Notes: generated by a model from the letters alone, not told the origin. 64,000 nt of DNA from an uncultured Desulfurococcales archaeon (GCA_964546225.1 CAZJJB010000004.1:1767-65766), one strand, 5' to 3'; shown: positions 1 through 14,069, numbered from the stretch's first letter. Numbers and translations: made by a program.

Positions 1-10
1 CTATATATTT

Positions 11-571
11 ATGCAGATTTTAAAAGATAAACTTACAAAAAAGTCTTTGATAGTTCCTATTCTTTTCTTAATAGTTGCCATAAATCCTGTTACAGAAATC
101 TTAGAGCCAAAATATGAGGATTTATATATGGCAATGCATTACGTACTTTACATAGGCGGTTTTATCTTAGGATATATAGGCTTCAGAGGATCAAAAGTGT
201 ATTTAATTCCTGGAATTATTATTCCAGTCTTTTGGCATCTTCCTTACTTCTTCAACTTAGGCGGAGCATATTTATGTTTAAGGCTAGTAGAGGATATTTC
301 ACTCTATTTAGGCGGACTAGTCATGGGTTCTACGATACATAGGCTGAATAATGCGTTTAAAGCAATACTCTTTGTATTATGGATGATGGGAGACAGCGTG
401 CTCTCCGTTATCCTCATAGTAGGATGGCCTCCTTATTCTAACCAAGTTTATCCCTTCTCACCTTTCTCGATTTCAGAAGAATTCTGGACAGGACTTGTAA
501 TGTTCGGAATAATGACCGTAATCTTTATCTACATTATCATATCCTTTATAAGAACGGTGTTTAAGATCTAA
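11..571 (+). CDS. DUF1404-family multi-pass membrane protein (CtaG-like)
   Basis: Several TM helices; 'YMAMHYVLY' and '[10 protein letters not shown]' His motifs typical of Sulfolobales DUF1404 proteins. Confidence 0.7.
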   Translation: MQILKDKLTKKSLIVPILFLIVAINPVTEILEPKYEDLYMAMHYVLYIGGFILGYIGFRGSKVYLIPGIIIPVFWHLPYFFNLGGAYLCLRLVEDISLYLGGLVMGSTIHRLNNAFKAILFVLWMMGDSVLSVILIVGWPPYSNQVYPFSPFSISEEFWTGLVMFGIMTVIFIYIIISFIRTVFKI

Positions 572-611
572 ACTGCTTAATTTTTTATAATTAGACCTCT
601 ACAAAATATTG

Positions 612-1595
612 ATGCCATTATTTAAGAAGGAAGAAAAGAAGATCTTTCACATTGATAGACTTCCAGAAGAGATGAAAGTTGCAATTAAAACTATAATTGA
701 TTCATCAATACCAGATGTTGCGAAAGCTTATGGTTTTGATTACATTTATCCCAAACTAGGAGAGCCAATTTTTGTACCTTATGGAAGACTTGATGGAAAA
801 TATAATTCAACTATTGAGGCTTTTGAGAAAATCTTGAAAGAAGTTGAAAATCTTAAGGATAATTTAAAAGAATACTATAAATGGTACAATAATGTGAAAC
901 TTTTTGATCATTACCGTTTTACTTTTTACTCTTATGTTAATCCTAATGAAGGAATGGAAGTAGGAATTGGTGCAGATCCTTTATCTGCACCTAATTTACT
1001 CTTTGATGTACAAAGCTTGTGCAATGTACTGGATAAGGAAAAAAACATAATAATACTTAACTCTGCCCTTGCTGGTTATATAAGAACTACTTGCCTTTCT
1101 TCATTTAATGTTAAATTCATAGATACAATAGCGGGAAGAAAAGATGAAATAATAGATACGTATACTTGGTTAAACAAGAATTTCCATGAGAATTTTGATA
1201 AAGATAAGGTATATGATGTTGAATTGGGCAAGGAATACATGAATAGGCTTTTTACAATCATTTTAAATGAAACAAAAGATTATTCAATCAATTCTAAAGA
1301 TGGAGATATTGCTATACTTCCTCTTTTATCTTATGAAGAATACAAAGAAAATGAACCTATAAAAAATATACTACAAAATGAGGAGAATTACAAAAAATTC
1401 ATAGAAGAAGGTAGGCTAGATGAAATATCTTTAATTCCTATACTTTTCAGTGGTTCAGTTAATAAATTGAATGAAATTAAGAATAAGTATTCTAAGGTTA
1501 TAGTAATAAGTGATAAAAAAATAAAGATTAAAATTGAAGGAAATGTAAAGCAAATAAATGATAAGCTTCTTATAATAGATAATTCAAACAGCTAA
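612..1595 (+). CDS. Hypothetical soluble protein
   Basis: Long ORF with native codon usage. ATG at 612 follows the track's TTG at 609. No recognisable motif. Confidence 0.75.
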   Translation: MPLFKKEEKKIFHIDRLPEEMKVAIKTIIDSSIPDVAKAYGFDYIYPKLGEPIFVPYGRLDGKYNSTIEAFEKILKEVENLKDNLKEYYKWYNNVKLFDHYRFTFYSYVNPNEGMEVGIGADPLSAPNLLFDVQSLCNVLDKEKNIIILNSALAGYIRTTCLSSFNVKFIDTIAGRKDEIIDTYTWLNKNFHENFDKDKVYDVELGKEYMNRLFTIILNETKDYSINSKDGDIAILPLLSYEEYKENEPIKNILQNEENYKKFIEEGRLDEISLIPILFSGSVNKLNEIKNKYSKVIVISDKKIKIKIEGNVKQINDKLLIIDNSNS

Positions 1596-2182
1596 GAGGA
1601 AATATAACATATCCTAGTATTATCTTTAATTACTATCTTTTCGCATTCCATTCTTTTATATCCTAAAAATTCCCTCATAATGTTTTGTAAATTCTTATCT
1701 ATATACACAACCTTATAAGCGGAAACAGTAAAGACAAAATTTTCCTTTTTAACAATTATCAGCCTAGGGTTTATATCTATAAGTTTATTTATAATTCCTT
1801 CACAATTTCTACTTCCGCTTACTTTAAATTCCTTAATAACAACATCACCAAAAGTACCATTTATATCAATTCCATCTACAAATATTGTCATTACCGCTCC
1901 AGTCTTAAGTGTTGTTGAAAACTCTATAGGTTCAATGCTTAATTTATATTTATTTACGTAGTAAGACCATCTATTGTATTTTCTGCCTCTTGTTTTATTT
2001 TTTATCAAGTTTTCCAATGATATTGAATATATTATATCATAAGGTGTTGCTACAATCTTGTCCTCATCTCTAAAAATTGCAGTACTGCACTTAGCACTAG
2101 TTATCTCTCCATCACATACGTAAGAAAACTCGTCTAAAGGTGGTATTATTAAATCCTCTGGTAACTCAATTTTTAGTTCCAA
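1592..2182 (-). CDS. Hypothetical protein
   Basis: 196-aa ORF, TTG start, 4-bp tail-to-tail overlap with the previous gene. Confidence 0.65.
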   Translation of the reverse strand: MELKIELPEDLIIPPLDEFSYVCDGEITSAKCSTAIFRDEDKIVATPYDIIYSISLENLIKNKTRGRKYNRWSYYVNKYKLSIEPIEFSTTLKTGAVMTIFVDGIDINGTFGDVVIKEFKVSGSRNCEGIINKLIDINPRLIIVKKENFVFTVSAYKVVYIDKNLQNIMREFLGYKRMECEKIVIKDNTRICYISS

Positions 2183-2371
2183 CTCATTATTTCTTTTTAT
2201 TAGTCATATTAATTTCCTCTTTCATTTTACACTAGAATGGTAGATTAAATTTTTCTAAGATTAACAATATGCGTATTCTAACTTAATATTTACATTAAGA
2301 TTTTTTTATACATAAGTTTTTCTCTTTATAATTAAAATATAAAGGGAAATTCTCTATTGCATTTATTTGCC

Positions 2372-2572
2372 ATGAAAAAAGGGTTCTATCTCTCTCTAGG
2401 AATAGTCATTTTAATAGATATTATAATTTACTCGCTGTATCCAATATTTAACAATGTACAACCTACACTATTAGGACTAACTGAATTCTACTGGTTACAA
2501 ATAATATTACTGGTGGTAACTTCGATATTGTATTTCGCAATAGGATATGCGTTTAAGGGTGAGAAGTCATGA
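2372..2572 (+). CDS. DUF3311-family small 2-TM membrane protein (symporter partner)
   Basis: Two TM helices around '[13 protein letters not shown]'; ATGA overlap with the solute:sodium symporter, the usual arrangement for this family. Confidence 0.75.
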   Translation: MKKGFYLSLGIVILIDIIIYSLYPIFNNVQPTLLGLTEFYWLQIILLVVTSILYFAIGYAFKGEKS

Positions 2573-4155
2573 ACGTAGATTACTCAACTTTGGCAGTATT
2601 CTTAATACTCTTTGCAGTATTCTCCTTCTTAGGATTTTATGGAGCAAGGTGGAGAAAAGGAGACTTAAATAAGCTAAGCGAATGGGGACTAGGAGGAAGA
2701 AGATTAGGTACTTTTGTAGTGTGGTTCTTATTAGGTGCAGATTTATTTACCGCATATTCATTTATAGCAGTACCTGCTGGAATATTTGCTTCCGGATCAT
2801 TGTATTTCTTTGCAATTCCTTACGTAGCATGGGGATTCGGTATTGCGTTATTAACAATGCCTAGACTATGGAATGTCTCAAGAAACAAAGGTTATGTAAC
2901 TGCTGCAGATTTCGTTAAAGATAGGTTTAATAGCAGAAGCTTAGCAATTCTCGTAGCATTAACAGGCGTAATTGCAGAATTACCATATATTGCATTGCAA
3001 ATAGTAGGAATGGAAGCAGTTTTAGCTGTATTGCTAGCAGGATTAGGAATATCTAGCAAGATAATTACCGAAATATCACTGCTGTTAGCATTCATTGTTT
3101 TGGCGACTTTTACATTCGTAAGTGGATTAAGAGGTGCAGCGTTAACGGGAGTATTTAAGGATATGTTAATATGGATTACAGTAATTACAGTAATAATCAT
3201 GGTGCCAATAGAAATAGGAGGATTTTCTAAAGCGTTTGCGGATGTATCTACAAACTTTGCTGCTTACCACTTATCTACAGTTACGGGAAGTAAGGTTCCT
3301 CCTGCAATGGAAACTTTACCAATAAAATTAGCTCCTGCATATTTCTCATTAGCATTAGGAAGCTCTTTTGCATTATATTTATATCCACACGCAATTAACG
3401 GCTCATTATCATCCGAAAGCGAGAAGAAGCTAGTATATAGCACGTCGTTCCTGCCAATATACGGAATAGGTCTGGCACTAATATCGTTATTTGGAATTCT
3501 AGTTTATGCAGTACCAGGAGCGCTGGGGCTGATTGCAAAAACTGGTAATGGAGCATTAGCAGTGCCTGCTTTAATAGCTTGTACAATGCCATCTTGGTTT
3601 GTAGGTTTAGCTTTCTTAGCTATATTCATAGGCGGATTAGTCCCAGCATCAATAATGGCTATAGCGGTGGCAAACTTATTCGTAAGGAATGTAATAAAGG
3701 AATTTAAACCAGATATGCCACCTTATTCAGAAGCAAAATTAGCCAAATGGACTTCAACTATATTCAAGTTCTTAGCCTTAGGCTTTGTATTCGTAGTACC
3801 AGCAACTTACGCAATACAATTGCAACTGTTAGGAGGAATAATAGTTTCGCAAACATTGCCTGCAGTATTCTTAGGACTTTACACCGATAAACTAGAATCT
3901 AAATCGCTGATAGCTGGTTGGGCTGCAGGAATAATATCGGGTGTAGGATTGGAGTACTATGTAAACTTTGTAGAACTTCACTTAAGTGTATTTAAGACCT
4001 CACTAATGTCAACACCTTTAGGGCCTCTATTCATTGCGATATTTGCTTTGGCAATTAACTTAGCAGTGACATTAGTAGGTACTGCAATAGCATATTCAAT
4101 GGGCTGGAGACCAAAGAGTAAAATAAAGCAAGAAGAAATAGTAAAAACTACTTAA
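2569..4155 (+). CDS. Sodium/proton:solute symporter family (SSF) protein, MctP/ActP-like monocarboxylate permease
   Basis: About 13 TM helices; '[10 protein letters not shown]', '[13 protein letters not shown]' and 'SGLRG' SSF motifs. Confidence 0.9.
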   Translation: MNVDYSTLAVFLILFAVFSFLGFYGARWRKGDLNKLSEWGLGGRRLGTFVVWFLLGADLFTAYSFIAVPAGIFASGSLYFFAIPYVAWGFGIALLTMPRLWNVSRNKGYVTAADFVKDRFNSRSLAILVALTGVIAELPYIALQIVGMEAVLAVLLAGLGISSKIITEISLLLAFIVLATFTFVSGLRGAALTGVFKDMLIWITVITVIIMVPIEIGGFSKAFADVSTNFAAYHLSTVTGSKVPPAMETLPIKLAPAYFSLALGSSFALYLYPHAINGSLSSESEKKLVYSTSFLPIYGIGLALISLFGILVYAVPGALGLIAKTGNGALAVPALIACTMPSWFVGLAFLAIFIGGLVPASIMAIAVANLFVRNVIKEFKPDMPPYSEAKLAKWTSTIFKFLALGFVFVVPATYAIQLQLLGGIIVSQTLPAVFLGLYTDKLESKSLIAGWAAGIISGVGLEYYVNFVELHLSVFKTSLMSTPLGPLFIAIFALAINLAVTLVGTAIAYSMGWRPKSKIKQEEIVKTT

Positions 4156-4188
4156 TAAATAAAATCTATTTTTCTTTTTATTAATAGA

Positions 4189-4581
4189 TTAGAAATTTAT
4201 AAAATCTATAAATAATAAATCTTGTAACATCATCATATCAATAAGTGACATTGCCATCATAAGAGGTATTAAATCTGCATATTCTTGAGCTATTATTTGC
4301 GGATCTTCTCCTTGCTGTATTGCAGCCACGAGCTTGTTAGCTTTTTCTTGTAGCTCTTCCTTTATTTTCTTAGCTTTTTCTAAACCTGTTGGAGTTAATG
4401 AGAAAACTTTCTTTTTAAATATCAATCCCTTCTCCTTTTGAAAAACTAGTCCTTCTTTTTCCATGCCTTTTAGTGTTAAGCTTACGTTTTCCTCGTCTTC
4501 CCTAAGGCTTTCAGCAATTTCTGCACTTGTTAGTTCTCCTCTATCGTAAAGTAATGCGAGTATTTTGTCTGTTAGATTCAT
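4189..4581 (-). CDS. Winged helix-turn-helix protein
   Basis: N-terminal wHTH ('[11 protein letters not shown]...[12 protein letters not shown]...FSLTPTG') followed by a helical C-terminus. Confidence 0.75.
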   Translation of the reverse strand: MNLTDKILALLYDRGELTSAEIAESLREDEENVSLTLKGMEKEGLVFQKEKGLIFKKKVFSLTPTGLEKAKKIKEELQEKANKLVAAIQQGEDPQIIAQEYADLIPLMMAMSLIDMMMLQDLLFIDFINF

Positions 4582-4616
4582 ATTTTCATCTTATTTGATG
4601 AATTTTATATTCTTTT

Positions 4617-5669
4617 CTACTGTACTTCCAGTTTTTTACCTCTTATTAAATCTTTTATTCTCAAAATTAATTGAGAATCTCTTCTAGTATAGAAAGTTAT
4701 TGCAACTCCTTTTCTTCCCATTCTTCCAGTCCTACCTACTCTATGGATATAAGTTTCCACGTCTCTTGGAGTGTCAAAATTTATTACTTTAGTAACATCT
4801 ATCACGTCAATACCTCTTGAGGCTAAGTCGGTTGAGAGAAGTACGTTAGTTCTGCCTTTTCTGAAAGATGAGAGATTCCTTAATCTTACTTTTTGCGGTA
4901 AATCACCATGAAGCAAGGAAATTTCAAAGTCGTCTCTTAATTCATCGTAGAGTTCTTCAACGCTCTTTTTTGTATTTACGAACACAATAGTTTTCTCATT
5001 ATCTTCCAATTCATCCTTTAATTTTGATATCTTATCTCTCCATCCTTTTACCTCATAAAATAAATGCTCTATTTCAACAGGTTTAATGGAATCTACTTTT
5101 AAAAGCTTAATATTAGGAGAAAACTCTTTTGCGAGCTCTTCTACTTCTTCTGGGACAGTAGCAGAAAAGAACCCATAAATCTTGGGATTAGTGTTCTTTA
5201 ATATCATTCTAACATCATCTATAAAACCCATGTCAAACATTCTATCAACTTCATCAACTATTGCTACTGAAAAGCGTGAAAGCTCTAACTCTCCCTTACC
5301 CCATAAATCTAGAATTCTGCCCGGAGTTCCTATAACTATATCTTTTTTGACCTCTTTATCTTGGGTAGAGTAAGGAACTCCACCAATAATGACGCCTATG
5401 CTCATCCTCTTGTATTTTCCTAGTTTTCTAGCTTCGTCTGCTACTTGTTCTGCCAATTCTCTTGTAGGGGTTAATACTAAAGCTTGCTCTCCCTTTTCGA
5501 GTATAGGAATTAAATATGAGGCAGTTTTACCTGATCCTGTCTTTGCTTGAGCTAAGACGCTATTTCCTTGTAGCATTTCTGGTATTGTTAGTTCTTGAAC
5601 TTTGGTAGGATTAATGTAGTTAGCTTCCTGCAAAGCTCTTGTAAGCTCTTCGCTAAGATTTTTAAACAT
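4617..5669 (-). CDS. DEAD/DEAH-box RNA helicase (minimal core)
   Basis: Q motif, [29 protein letters not shown] and HRVGRTGR motifs. Confidence 0.95.
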   Translation of the reverse strand: MFKNLSEELTRALQEANYINPTKVQELTIPEMLQGNSVLAQAKTGSGKTASYLIPILEKGEQALVLTPTRELAEQVADEARKLGKYKRMSIGVIIGGVPYSTQDKEVKKDIVIGTPGRILDLWGKGELELSRFSVAIVDEVDRMFDMGFIDDVRMILKNTNPKIYGFFSATVPEEVEELAKEFSPNIKLLKVDSIKPVEIEHLFYEVKGWRDKISKLKDELEDNEKTIVFVNTKKSVEELYDELRDDFEISLLHGDLPQKVRLRNLSSFRKGRTNVLLSTDLASRGIDVIDVTKVINFDTPRDVETYIHRVGRTGRMGRKGVAITFYTRRDSQLILRIKDLIRGKKLEVQ

Positions 5670-5732
5670 AGCAAACGCTTATACTTCTGAGTTTAAAATA
5701 TTATCTATTAAACTATATATTTCAACTAATCT

Positions 5733-6407
<675 letters not shown>

Positions 6408-6453
6408 ATGGTAATACGTAAGAAAAGTAGAATAAAAGATTTGATTTTAATAT

Positions 6454-7419
6454 GTGTCGAATATATTAAATCTTATGAAATGCAGTGAGTGCGGAAAAGA
6501 AGCAATAATTAAAATACCTTACGCTAACAAGTATCTTTGCAAAGAACATTTCATACAATGGTTTGAAAATAGAGTTGAAAGAACTATTAGAAAATACAAA
6601 ATGCTTGAAGGAACAAAGAAATTAGCCGTAGCCGTTTCAGGTGGTAAAGATAGTACTACTTTATTTCACGTCTTAAGTAAAATAGCAGAAAAAGAAGGTA
6701 TTGAGATTTTCGGTATAACAATAGACTTAGGAATAGATATGGGGAAGAAGTACTCATCTAAAAGTGTAGAGTTTGCACTTAAAAACTATGAAATGCTTGG
6801 CGCTAAGTATAGGATTGTTAAGCTAAAAGAAGAATATGGTTTTACTATAGATGAGGCAAAAGTAAAGATAAGGAGACCAGTATGTAGTACTTGCGGACTT
6901 ACAAAAAGATATATCTTGGAAAAGATTGCAAAAGATGAGGGGGCAGATACTCTTGCTACAGGTCATAATCTTAATGATGTTGCACAATACGTTCTAACTG
7001 GATACTATAATGGAGACATATTAAGTTTGGCAAGATTAAGGCCGGTATCTCCTGCTGAAAACGGTTATATAAAGAAAATTAAGCCTCTCTTCCTATCTCC
7101 TGAAAAGGAAATAATGACTTATGCTATAGTTAAGGGAATACCTTTCATTTATGACTCGTGCCCACACACTTTTAGAGTTGGAGGAGAAACACAAGATAAG
7201 ATAAGGAGGTTGGTAGAAGAAATGGAAGATAAAATACCAGGCTTCATGATATCTTTAGTTACTAATTTTGAGGAAAAATTCAGACCTCTAATGGAAGATA
7301 TTCCTAAGAAAACTTTAGGTAAATGTAAATTATGTGGAATGCCTACAAATAAGGATAGGGAAATTTGTTCATTCTGTGCAACTAGAATGAAATTAACCGA
7401 GGTGAAGATAAATAGTTAA
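6454..7419 (+). CDS. ttuA: tRNA 2-thiouridine synthase TtuA/NcsA family (TIGR00269-like PP-loop ATPase)
   Basis: SGGKDS PP-loop, CxxC in 'CSTCG', GHNLND, SCP, and N- and C-terminal zinc-finger CxxC pairs. Confidence 0.88.
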   Translation: MSNILNLMKCSECGKEAIIKIPYANKYLCKEHFIQWFENRVERTIRKYKMLEGTKKLAVAVSGGKDSTTLFHVLSKIAEKEGIEIFGITIDLGIDMGKKYSSKSVEFALKNYEMLGAKYRIVKLKEEYGFTIDEAKVKIRRPVCSTCGLTKRYILEKIAKDEGADTLATGHNLNDVAQYVLTGYYNGDILSLARLRPVSPAENGYIKKIKPLFLSPEKEIMTYAIVKGIPFIYDSCPHTFRVGGETQDKIRRLVEEMEDKIPGFMISLVTNFEEKFRPLMEDIPKKTLGKCKLCGMPTNKDREICSFCATRMKLTEVKINS

Positions 7420-7849
7420 AATAATTTTACATTATCCAGATGATACTCCTGCAGGATACGTTATATACCAAGATGGTATATCCAAAGTTTACGACGAAAA
7501 TGACAATTTTTTATTCGAGGTTGAAGGTATATTTCCTCCAATACCGTCAAAAGTAAACTACAGCTGGATAGACACAGTTCTAGAAAAAGGCCTTCCTGAC
7601 GGTAGAAAGAGGTTCATATTATACGTTGCGTCTAGGTATTTAATTAACGTTAAGAACCTTAATGAAGACGAAGCTTTGGAAAAATTAAAGGAATTTTATT
7701 ATAAAAATGGATCAGGAAAGATTTATGATGCATGGATAAGGTCGGTTATAAAAGGAGTAAAAAGTAAAGGATTAAAACCTCCATCGCTCAAGAAGCTTCA
7801 AGAGAAGGATCCTGAACTTTATGAGGAAGTTAAAAGAATCTTAGGTTAA
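7412..7849 (+). CDS. priX: DNA primase non-catalytic subunit PriX (absent from ORF track; probable ATA start)
   Basis: Manual translation gives (I)[15 protein letters not shown]...[23 protein letters not shown]...[12 protein letters not shown]...ILG*, matching Sulfolobales PriX. In-frame TAA at 7409-7411. GAGGTGA Shine-Dalgarno at 7399-7405. Confidence 0.9.
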   Translation: MVKIILHYPDDTPAGYVIYQDGISKVYDENDNFLFEVEGIFPPIPSKVNYSWIDTVLEKGLPDGRKRFILYVASRYLINVKNLNEDEALEKLKEFYYKNGSGKIYDAWIRSVIKGVKSKGLKPPSLKKLQEKDPELYEEVKRILG

Positions 7850-7894
7850 TTTTATTTTAAAAAGATTTATTAGCTAATAGTAAAAGACTATCTT

Positions 7895-8128
7895 ATGACC
7901 GAAGAGAAGCAGGAACAAAGAAAACAAACAAAAAGATGGGATAGATTTACTTGGTCTGTAGTAGTAGGCCCTTTAGCTTTCTTCTTCCTCTTAACATTAG
8001 GACTGGCATTATACTTAAACAATTTTGGACCTTGGAGACCAGTAGTCCCAGTTATAATAGGTTTCGCAATATTCTTCTTTATAATGGGAGTTTTTCTAAG
8101 GAGCAAATTCGGTAGATTAGCGTTTTAA
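7895..8128 (+). CDS. Small 2-TM membrane protein
   Basis: 77 aa, two hydrophobic helices, charged N-terminus. Confidence 0.7.
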   Translation: MTEEKQEQRKQTKRWDRFTWSVVVGPLAFFFLLTLGLALYLNNFGPWRPVVPVIIGFAIFFFIMGVFLRSKFGRLAF

Positions 8129-8205
8129 TTCGATAATTGATTTGGGATAAATTAATTTTTTGATTTGGGTAAAATCATTTTTAATTTATTTCCCTTTTTA
8201 TCGTA

Positions 8206-8586
8206 ATGAATGGGACTACAGTAAAGCAAAATATACTACAATGGGCAGGGATGATATTATCTACATTATGGGCAGGAGTTCATCTAGACCTAGTAGACGC
8301 AAAATTGCCAAACCCTACTGCTACATTAATTTATAGAATTTTCTTCGGATTCGTAGCATCGTTAGCCATAGTAGCTGCAGTTGCACTGATACAAGGAATT
8401 AAGAAACTTTACTTACCAATAGCAATATTTTACGTAATAGATTTTGCACTACTCCTAGAAACTAGAACTGCTCCTGCACTATTCGTAGGAAAAGTACTAC
8501 CATTCAATCCATATGTAGATATTTCACTAACAATAGATGCTATAATGATAGTACTAGCAACGATACTATGGAAAATAAGTAGGTGA
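8206..8586 (+). CDS. 4-TM membrane protein, hypothetical
   Basis: 126 aa with four hydrophobic segments. Confidence 0.7.
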   Translation: MNGTTVKQNILQWAGMILSTLWAGVHLDLVDAKLPNPTATLIYRIFFGFVASLAIVAAVALIQGIKKLYLPIAIFYVIDFALLLETRTAPALFVGKVLPFNPYVDISLTIDAIMIVLATILWKISR

Positions 8587-8621
8587 TAGTTTTTTCTAAT
8601 TTAAGGTATTATTTTTTATTA

Positions 8622-9644
8622 ATGCAAACTTATGAGCTAATGGAAGAGACGGTTCACTTAATTCCAGGTTCCGGAACTTATAAAGAGACTAAGGAAATCA
8701 AGGTAAATAGATACTTGTCTAAGTCAGGATGGATTTTAAATAAATTTGAAGGTAAAGAAGAGGAAATCAAACCTTATGAGGAATGTAAGTCTTACATATC
8801 GCCAGGAATTAAGGAATGGGAAAAATTGGATGAGATTTTGCAGAAATTGAATGATGTTAGTGTTAGAGTAAAGAAAGTCCATAAAAAAGTTAATGATTGC
8901 ATAGAGGAGAAAATTTTAAATTATGTCGAATATGGTGACTTAAAATTTGCTTATGCAGGAAAGCCTTCAGATCTTAAGGCAGTGGAAGATTTCTTGAAGA
9001 TGCAACATGTTTCAATGAATGAACGAATTTTTGGATTAGAAAGGATGAACGTAATTTTAGATCCAGAAGCTACAGCTCATGTATTTCATCAACTTATGAG
9101 CTTTTTGAAAGGAGATAATCCAAGGATAAAATTAGGAGAAAGAATTTCGAGCGAAATAACAGTTTACGATGACCCACTTAATGAGAATCTCATTGGATTT
9201 TCTACATTTGACGATGAAGGAGTTAAGACTAAAAAGAAGGAAATTATTGGAGATGGAATAATTCTAGAATACTTAGGAACTCTAACAACTAAAGATGGAA
9301 ATCCTGGTAATGCTAGAGGAATACTACCCATTCCAGACTATTTTAACTTAGTTATAAAACCTAAAGATTGGGGATTTCAAGAATTAATACAAGATACTAA
9401 AAACGGACTATTAGTACTAGGAGTTAAAAGGAGCGAAATTGTAAAAAACAGCATCAGACTTTTCCCTAGAAATTCGATGTTAATAGGTTATGGCGGTGCA
9501 ATTGTTAGAGAAATTGCAATACCTTTACAAGAATTGACTACAATTGACGCGATATCTAAAGAAGTTAAGAGCGTATACATAGACGATGATCACGGAGGTA
9601 TTGCTCCATTCATAAGATTAAAGGCAAGGCCTATTATTTACTAA
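8622..9644 (+). CDS. TldD/PmbA-family (TldE-related) metallopeptidase
   Basis: 'VILDPEATAHVFH', 'ITVYDDP' and 'FDDEGV' C-terminal TldD/PmbA motifs. ATG 8622 preferred over GTG 8583. Confidence 0.8.
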   Translation: MQTYELMEETVHLIPGSGTYKETKEIKVNRYLSKSGWILNKFEGKEEEIKPYEECKSYISPGIKEWEKLDEILQKLNDVSVRVKKVHKKVNDCIEEKILNYVEYGDLKFAYAGKPSDLKAVEDFLKMQHVSMNERIFGLERMNVILDPEATAHVFHQLMSFLKGDNPRIKLGERISSEITVYDDPLNENLIGFSTFDDEGVKTKKKEIIGDGIILEYLGTLTTKDGNPGNARGILPIPDYFNLVIKPKDWGFQELIQDTKNGLLVLGVKRSEIVKNSIRLFPRNSMLIGYGGAIVREIAIPLQELTTIDAISKEVKSVYIDDDHGGIAPFIRLKARPIIY

Positions 9645-10028
9645 ATGCCATTGCGGAACTTTAGGATTGGGTATTGAATCTAATTGATCATAAGGCTTTA
9701 TATCTAGTACGGGAGTTTCGTTATATGCATTAATTCCAACTACATGTAATTTATTATCATTGATACCTAAGATTTTAACTACTGAAATTCCTATTGGGTT
9801 AGGCCTATTAGGACTTCTAGTGGCAAATACTCCTACCTTAACTCCGTGTCTAGTTTTTATTAAACCAGAAAAAATAGCAAGGTGAAGATGATAAATTATT
9901 ATTGCATGAGAAAACTCATTTAATCCAATTAATCCATCCTTATATTCATTAAAAATGACTATTTCTACTGGTTCATCTAAACTACAACCTTCTCCTCTCT
10001 TTACATATCCTATTGGCTTATAATTCAT
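9618..10028 (-). CDS. trmO: tRNA m6t6A37 methyltransferase TrmO (TsaA/YaeB family)
   Basis: 'KPIGYV', 'GVFATRSPNRPNPIGIS' and 'TPVLDIKPY' signature motifs. Confidence 0.9.
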   Translation of the reverse strand: MNYKPIGYVKRGEGCSLDEPVEIVIFNEYKDGLIGLNEFSHAIIIYHLHLAIFSGLIKTRHGVKVGVFATRSPNRPNPIGISVVKILGINDNKLHVVGINAYNETPVLDIKPYDQLDSIPNPKVPQWHLVNNRPCL

Positions 10029-10593
10029 CGACAACTTTCTCAAACTCCTTAACTTTACTTAAAGGTAAACCGCTTGCATTTCTTTCCATTGCTAAAATTT
10101 CTGCAACTATGCTTAAGGCTATTTCTTTCTCAGTTTTAGATCCTATATCTAATCCTGCTGGTATTCTTAATCTTTTCAATTCTTCCTTAGATATTCCTGA
10201 CTTTATTAATCTCCCTAGAATAACTTTTGCCCTCTTTATACTCATAACTACTTGAATTTCCTTAGCTCCAGCTAAAATACTCTTCATTATAGCCCATGTA
10301 TCATAAACGTGCTTAGTAGTTATAATCACGTAGTTACCTTTTATTAACTCGTCAGGTATACTGAAAACTTCTCCTTTAATTACTTCGTCAGCTTCATATT
10401 CATTTTCTTCAGCAAAAGGATCTATGACTATCACGTAAAATCCAAGATCTTTTAAATATTTTGCAATATAAGGGGCTATACCTAAACTCCTTCCTATGCA
10501 TTTACTTCCATCTATTTTTACAGTATCTCTATCACAAATTACTGGTTCTTCCATTTGCGCCTCTTTAGAAGACGTGAATATAACAATCTTCAT
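10018..10593 (-). CDS. XdhC family protein (Rossmann C-terminal domain)
   Basis: 'VIVIDP', 'IITTKHVYD' and 'IPAGLDIGSKTEKEIALSIVAEIL' XdhC C-terminal signature. Confidence 0.85.
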   Translation of the reverse strand: MKIVIFTSSKEAQMEEPVICDRDTVKIDGSKCIGRSLGIAPYIAKYLKDLGFYVIVIDPFAEENEYEADEVIKGEVFSIPDELIKGNYVIITTKHVYDTWAIMKSILAGAKEIQVVMSIKRAKVILGRLIKSGISKEELKRLRIPAGLDIGSKTEKEIALSIVAEILAMERNASGLPLSKVKEFEKVVDEL

Positions 10594-10624
10594 GAGAAAA
10601 AGAATGAAAAATAAAAATATATAT

Positions 10625-10939
10625 TTAGATGAGGGATAAGAACGATTTTATTAAATTTATTAATTTATTGATCATCATCTTAATTATAGATTTATAGAAA
10701 ATTAATAGAAGATATCGTATGTTATAAATTAAAAGGATCTTCTTCGCTATTCTTTCTTGTTCATTCAATATTTCTAATAAAGCAGAATTGAGAGTAGATA
10801 GCCTAATTTGTTTGATAAATGAAATAAAATCCTTTACTATTGCTTTTATGTTATTACCTGAAGTAAGAGAACTTGCATAATCCTCGTATTTCTTTTTTAG
10901 CAAGTTGATATTAATAATATCATCGAACGCGATATCCAT
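10625..10939 (-). CDS. Hypothetical helical protein
   Basis: 104-aa ORF co-oriented with its neighbours. Confidence 0.6.
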   Translation of the reverse strand: MDIAFDDIININLLKKKYEDYASSLTSGNNIKAIVKDFISFIKQIRLSTLNSALLEILNEQERIAKKILLIYNIRYLLLIFYKSIIKMMINKLINLIKSFLSLI

Positions 10940-10984
10940 ATTTAATATATTTATAAGTATTATTTTAAAAAGGACCGCATCAAT

Positions 10985-11257
10985 TCATGACGTTACAGAA
11001 ATTCTTACTTGATGGCTTCTAGGAAATTCTACTTCAACAATCCTCTTTAATAGTGCTTTTAAGTCCTTAGAATTTACTACGTATGTAGTATTGTTGTAAC
11101 CTTTTTCGGTTATCTCAAACTCATCTTCTCCGCTTCTTTTTACTTCTATCCATCTATCTCCTTTAAAACTCTCGACTCTCAATATTTTTCCTTGTTGTAA
11201 CTTTAGACATTGACTATACACTACCTTATCTGAACCTCTAGCAGATATCCAGGGCAT
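10985..11257 (-). CDS. Hypothetical protein
   Basis: 90-aa ORF, native composition, ends 'VEFPRSHQVRIS'. Confidence 0.7.
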   Translation of the reverse strand: MPWISARGSDKVVYSQCLKLQQGKILRVESFKGDRWIEVKRSGEDEFEITEKGYNNTTYVVNSKDLKALLKRIVEVEFPRSHQVRISVTS

Positions 11258-11296
11258 GTTTACTCATTTTTTTAAAACCCATAAAAAAGTATATTC

Positions 11297-12181
11297 ATGG
11301 TTCAAATTTTTATTCCTACTTTAGGTAGAGAATCTATAAAACATACGTTGAATGCATTGAAATTGCAGACATTTAATGATTTTGAAATTATACTAATCTC
11401 AAAAAAGGAACTTAACATAAACAATGTGAATAAAATAATTATACAGAAAGAAGGATACTTTGAGGAAGCAATAAACTTAGCATTAGAAAATTTAAATCCC
11501 GATGATATTGCATTGTTTACAGATGATGACGCTATACCTTCACAAGAATGGGTAGAAGAGCACGTAGAATTTCATGAAAAAAATCCGTCAATTTATATTG
11601 CATCAGGAGAAATTATAGGAGAAAAATGGAAGAATTACCCTAATGCTCTCTTTAAGAGATTTAGAAATACTAAGTATATGATGCCTTATAGTAATAAATT
11701 TAATGAATATACAGGATTTCTTACAAAGTTAGGATTAAGCGTAGATAAGGAAGATATAGGAACTCATGACATAGAAAAATCTTTGGCAATAGCTGGAGTA
11801 AATATGAGTTTAAAGACAAAATTTTTCATAAATTATAAAATACCTACATTCACTTTAAGAGGAAGTTATAATGAAACTATTTTAGCACTTCATGGCATAT
11901 CATTAGGAGGAGATTCTGCTACATTTAAAGGTGCAATGGTCTATCATCAAGGTAATGAGTCTTTATCAAGAACTAAGGATCCCTATATTGACAAGTATTT
12001 ATGCTTAGAAAAGTATGTTTTGCCATACGCAGTAAATACTATTTTTAAAATTGATACTGACATGCTAAAGGAATTTATCTCCCTGTTAGAGAGCGGAATC
12101 CCTAAGATGGGCTTATCGTTGGCTCTAAAAGGTATTATAAATAATTATACATTTTTACAGTTTAGACAGGAGTTAATTAAA

Positions 12182-12211
<30 letters not shown>
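11297..12211 (+). CDS. Glycosyltransferase family 2 (GT-A)
   Basis: 'FIPTLGR', 'QTFNDFEIILI' and 'LFTDDD' DxD motif. Confidence 0.85.
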
Positions 12212-13987
<1,776 letters not shown>

Positions 13988-14069
13988 GAGAATATTAAGT
14001 TATATCTGCCTTATATCTCTCTCTGTTTATGGAATCTGCGTTTAAAAAGGATAAACTATAAAATATGAT

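Noticed and set aside
2282-2299. CTTAAT-N6-ATTAAG inverted repeat upstream of the symporter operon
   Set aside because: AT-rich 6-bp arms are expected by chance at this GC content.
8138-8169. TGATTTGGG 9-bp direct repeat upstream of a membrane-protein gene
   Set aside because: Too short to distinguish from chance without conservation data.
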